Origin: Feifaniaceae bacterium
Lineage (GTDB): Bacteria > Bacillota > Clostridia > Christensenellales > CAG-138
Length of the DNA stretch: 24,000 nucleotides
Assembly: GCA_035561315.1 (NCBI GenBank)
Contig: DATMXR010000268.1
Span: 2,951-26,950, forward strand
Reading direction: 5' to 3'
Part shown: positions 23,705 to 24,000 of the stretch, in pieces
How the letters are laid out: every line of letters begins with the position of its first letter
How positions within the stretch are numbered: position 1 is the stretch's first letter
Program-made: the position numbers and the translations under genes
The notes under the pieces: model-generated
What the model was told of the DNA's origin: nothing
The model's database searches: none
The model's input: only the letters and a program-made list of their open reading frames with translations

Positions 23705-24000
23705 CGGAACATGCGGGAGAACAGGCCGGGGCGGCGTTCCTGCGCCGCGGGCTCGTATTCGAGCGAAAGCACTTCGCCCTCGATCACCACCTGGCCGTCG
23801 TCCAGGTTCAGCTTGGAAAGATGCAGCCCTTCGCCTTCTATCCTTAAGCCCCCCGCCTCGGTCTCGATTATGACTTCCTGCTCGTTGAAGCTTTCCACAT
23901 CGCTTACGCCCGTGATGCTTGTGCGGTTCCGGTTATCGATGTGCACGTTGTGCGTGCGCGTGCGGGGTTTTCCGCTGTCCAGCTCCCGGTAATCGGGCAT
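23701..24000 (-). CDS. yabP: Sporulation protein YabP
   Basis: ...NRNRTSITGVSDVESFNEQEVIIETEAGGLRIEGEGLHLSKLNLDDGQVVIEGEVLSLEY... aligns with B. subtilis YabP from memory, at a similar length (99 aa). The ATG is the last codon position of the window, so an upstream start cannot be excluded. Confidence 0.8.
   Translation of the reverse strand: MPDYRELDSGKPRTRTHNVHIDNRNRTSITGVSDVESFNEQEVIIETEAGGLRIEGEGLHLSKLNLDDGQVVIEGEVLSLEYEPAAQERRPGLFSRMFR

Noticed and set aside
1-24000. Looked for CRISPR arrays, IS/transposase or integrase genes, tRNA/rRNA, long direct or inverted repeats, toxin-antitoxin pairs and known defence-system hallmarks.
   Set aside because: None found by eye. No spaced repeat series, no cloverleaf-like sequences, no recombinase, nuclease or ATPase genes of defence type. 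A computational repeat or HMM scan could still reveal what visual reading misses.

Overview
High-GC chromosomal segment, probably from a spore-forming Clostridia-class Firmicute; this is inferred from yabP-yabQ-divIC, splB, GGAGG-type RBSs and DegV/PadR/DUF1700 content. I call 29 protein-coding genes, including one (1..1034, minus) absent from the ORF track because it runs off the window. Many starts are re-set downstream of the track's longest ORF, to the ATG that has an RBS. The content is mostly housekeeping or ordinary accessory genes: beta-CASP MBL hydrolase, two tandem DegV genes, a YugP-like Zn-peptidase, asnS, and a GntR/TrkA-C regulator with a sugar-phosphate epimerase and a Zn-ADH. 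It also holds a short PPase-like protein, splB, two AraC+GyrI-like regulators, a TspO-like membrane protein, a PAS-GGDEF diguanylate cyclase with a small exported partner, a class II aldolase, ltaE, a PadR-DUF1700-anchor-SDR-SDR operon, thiN, crcB, a Ppx/GppA-family gene and divIC/yabQ/yabP. I see no rRNA, tRNA, CRISPR array, transposase/integrase or long repeat. I did not find a clear-cut novel multi-gene system. The best second-look candidates are (1) a densely structured, strand-specific ~200-nt leader upstream of the yugP-like gene, (2) a motif-less 343-aa orphan protein next to it, (3) two canonical intrinsic terminators in tandem inside the leader of the diguanylate cyclase gene, and (4) the fully translationally coupled five-gene PadR operon with a tandem palindromic operator candidate. 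All functional calls rest on my recognition of motifs and families in the translations; no database search was run. The many long R/A/G-rich ORFs antisense to real genes are treated as high-GC shadow ORFs.
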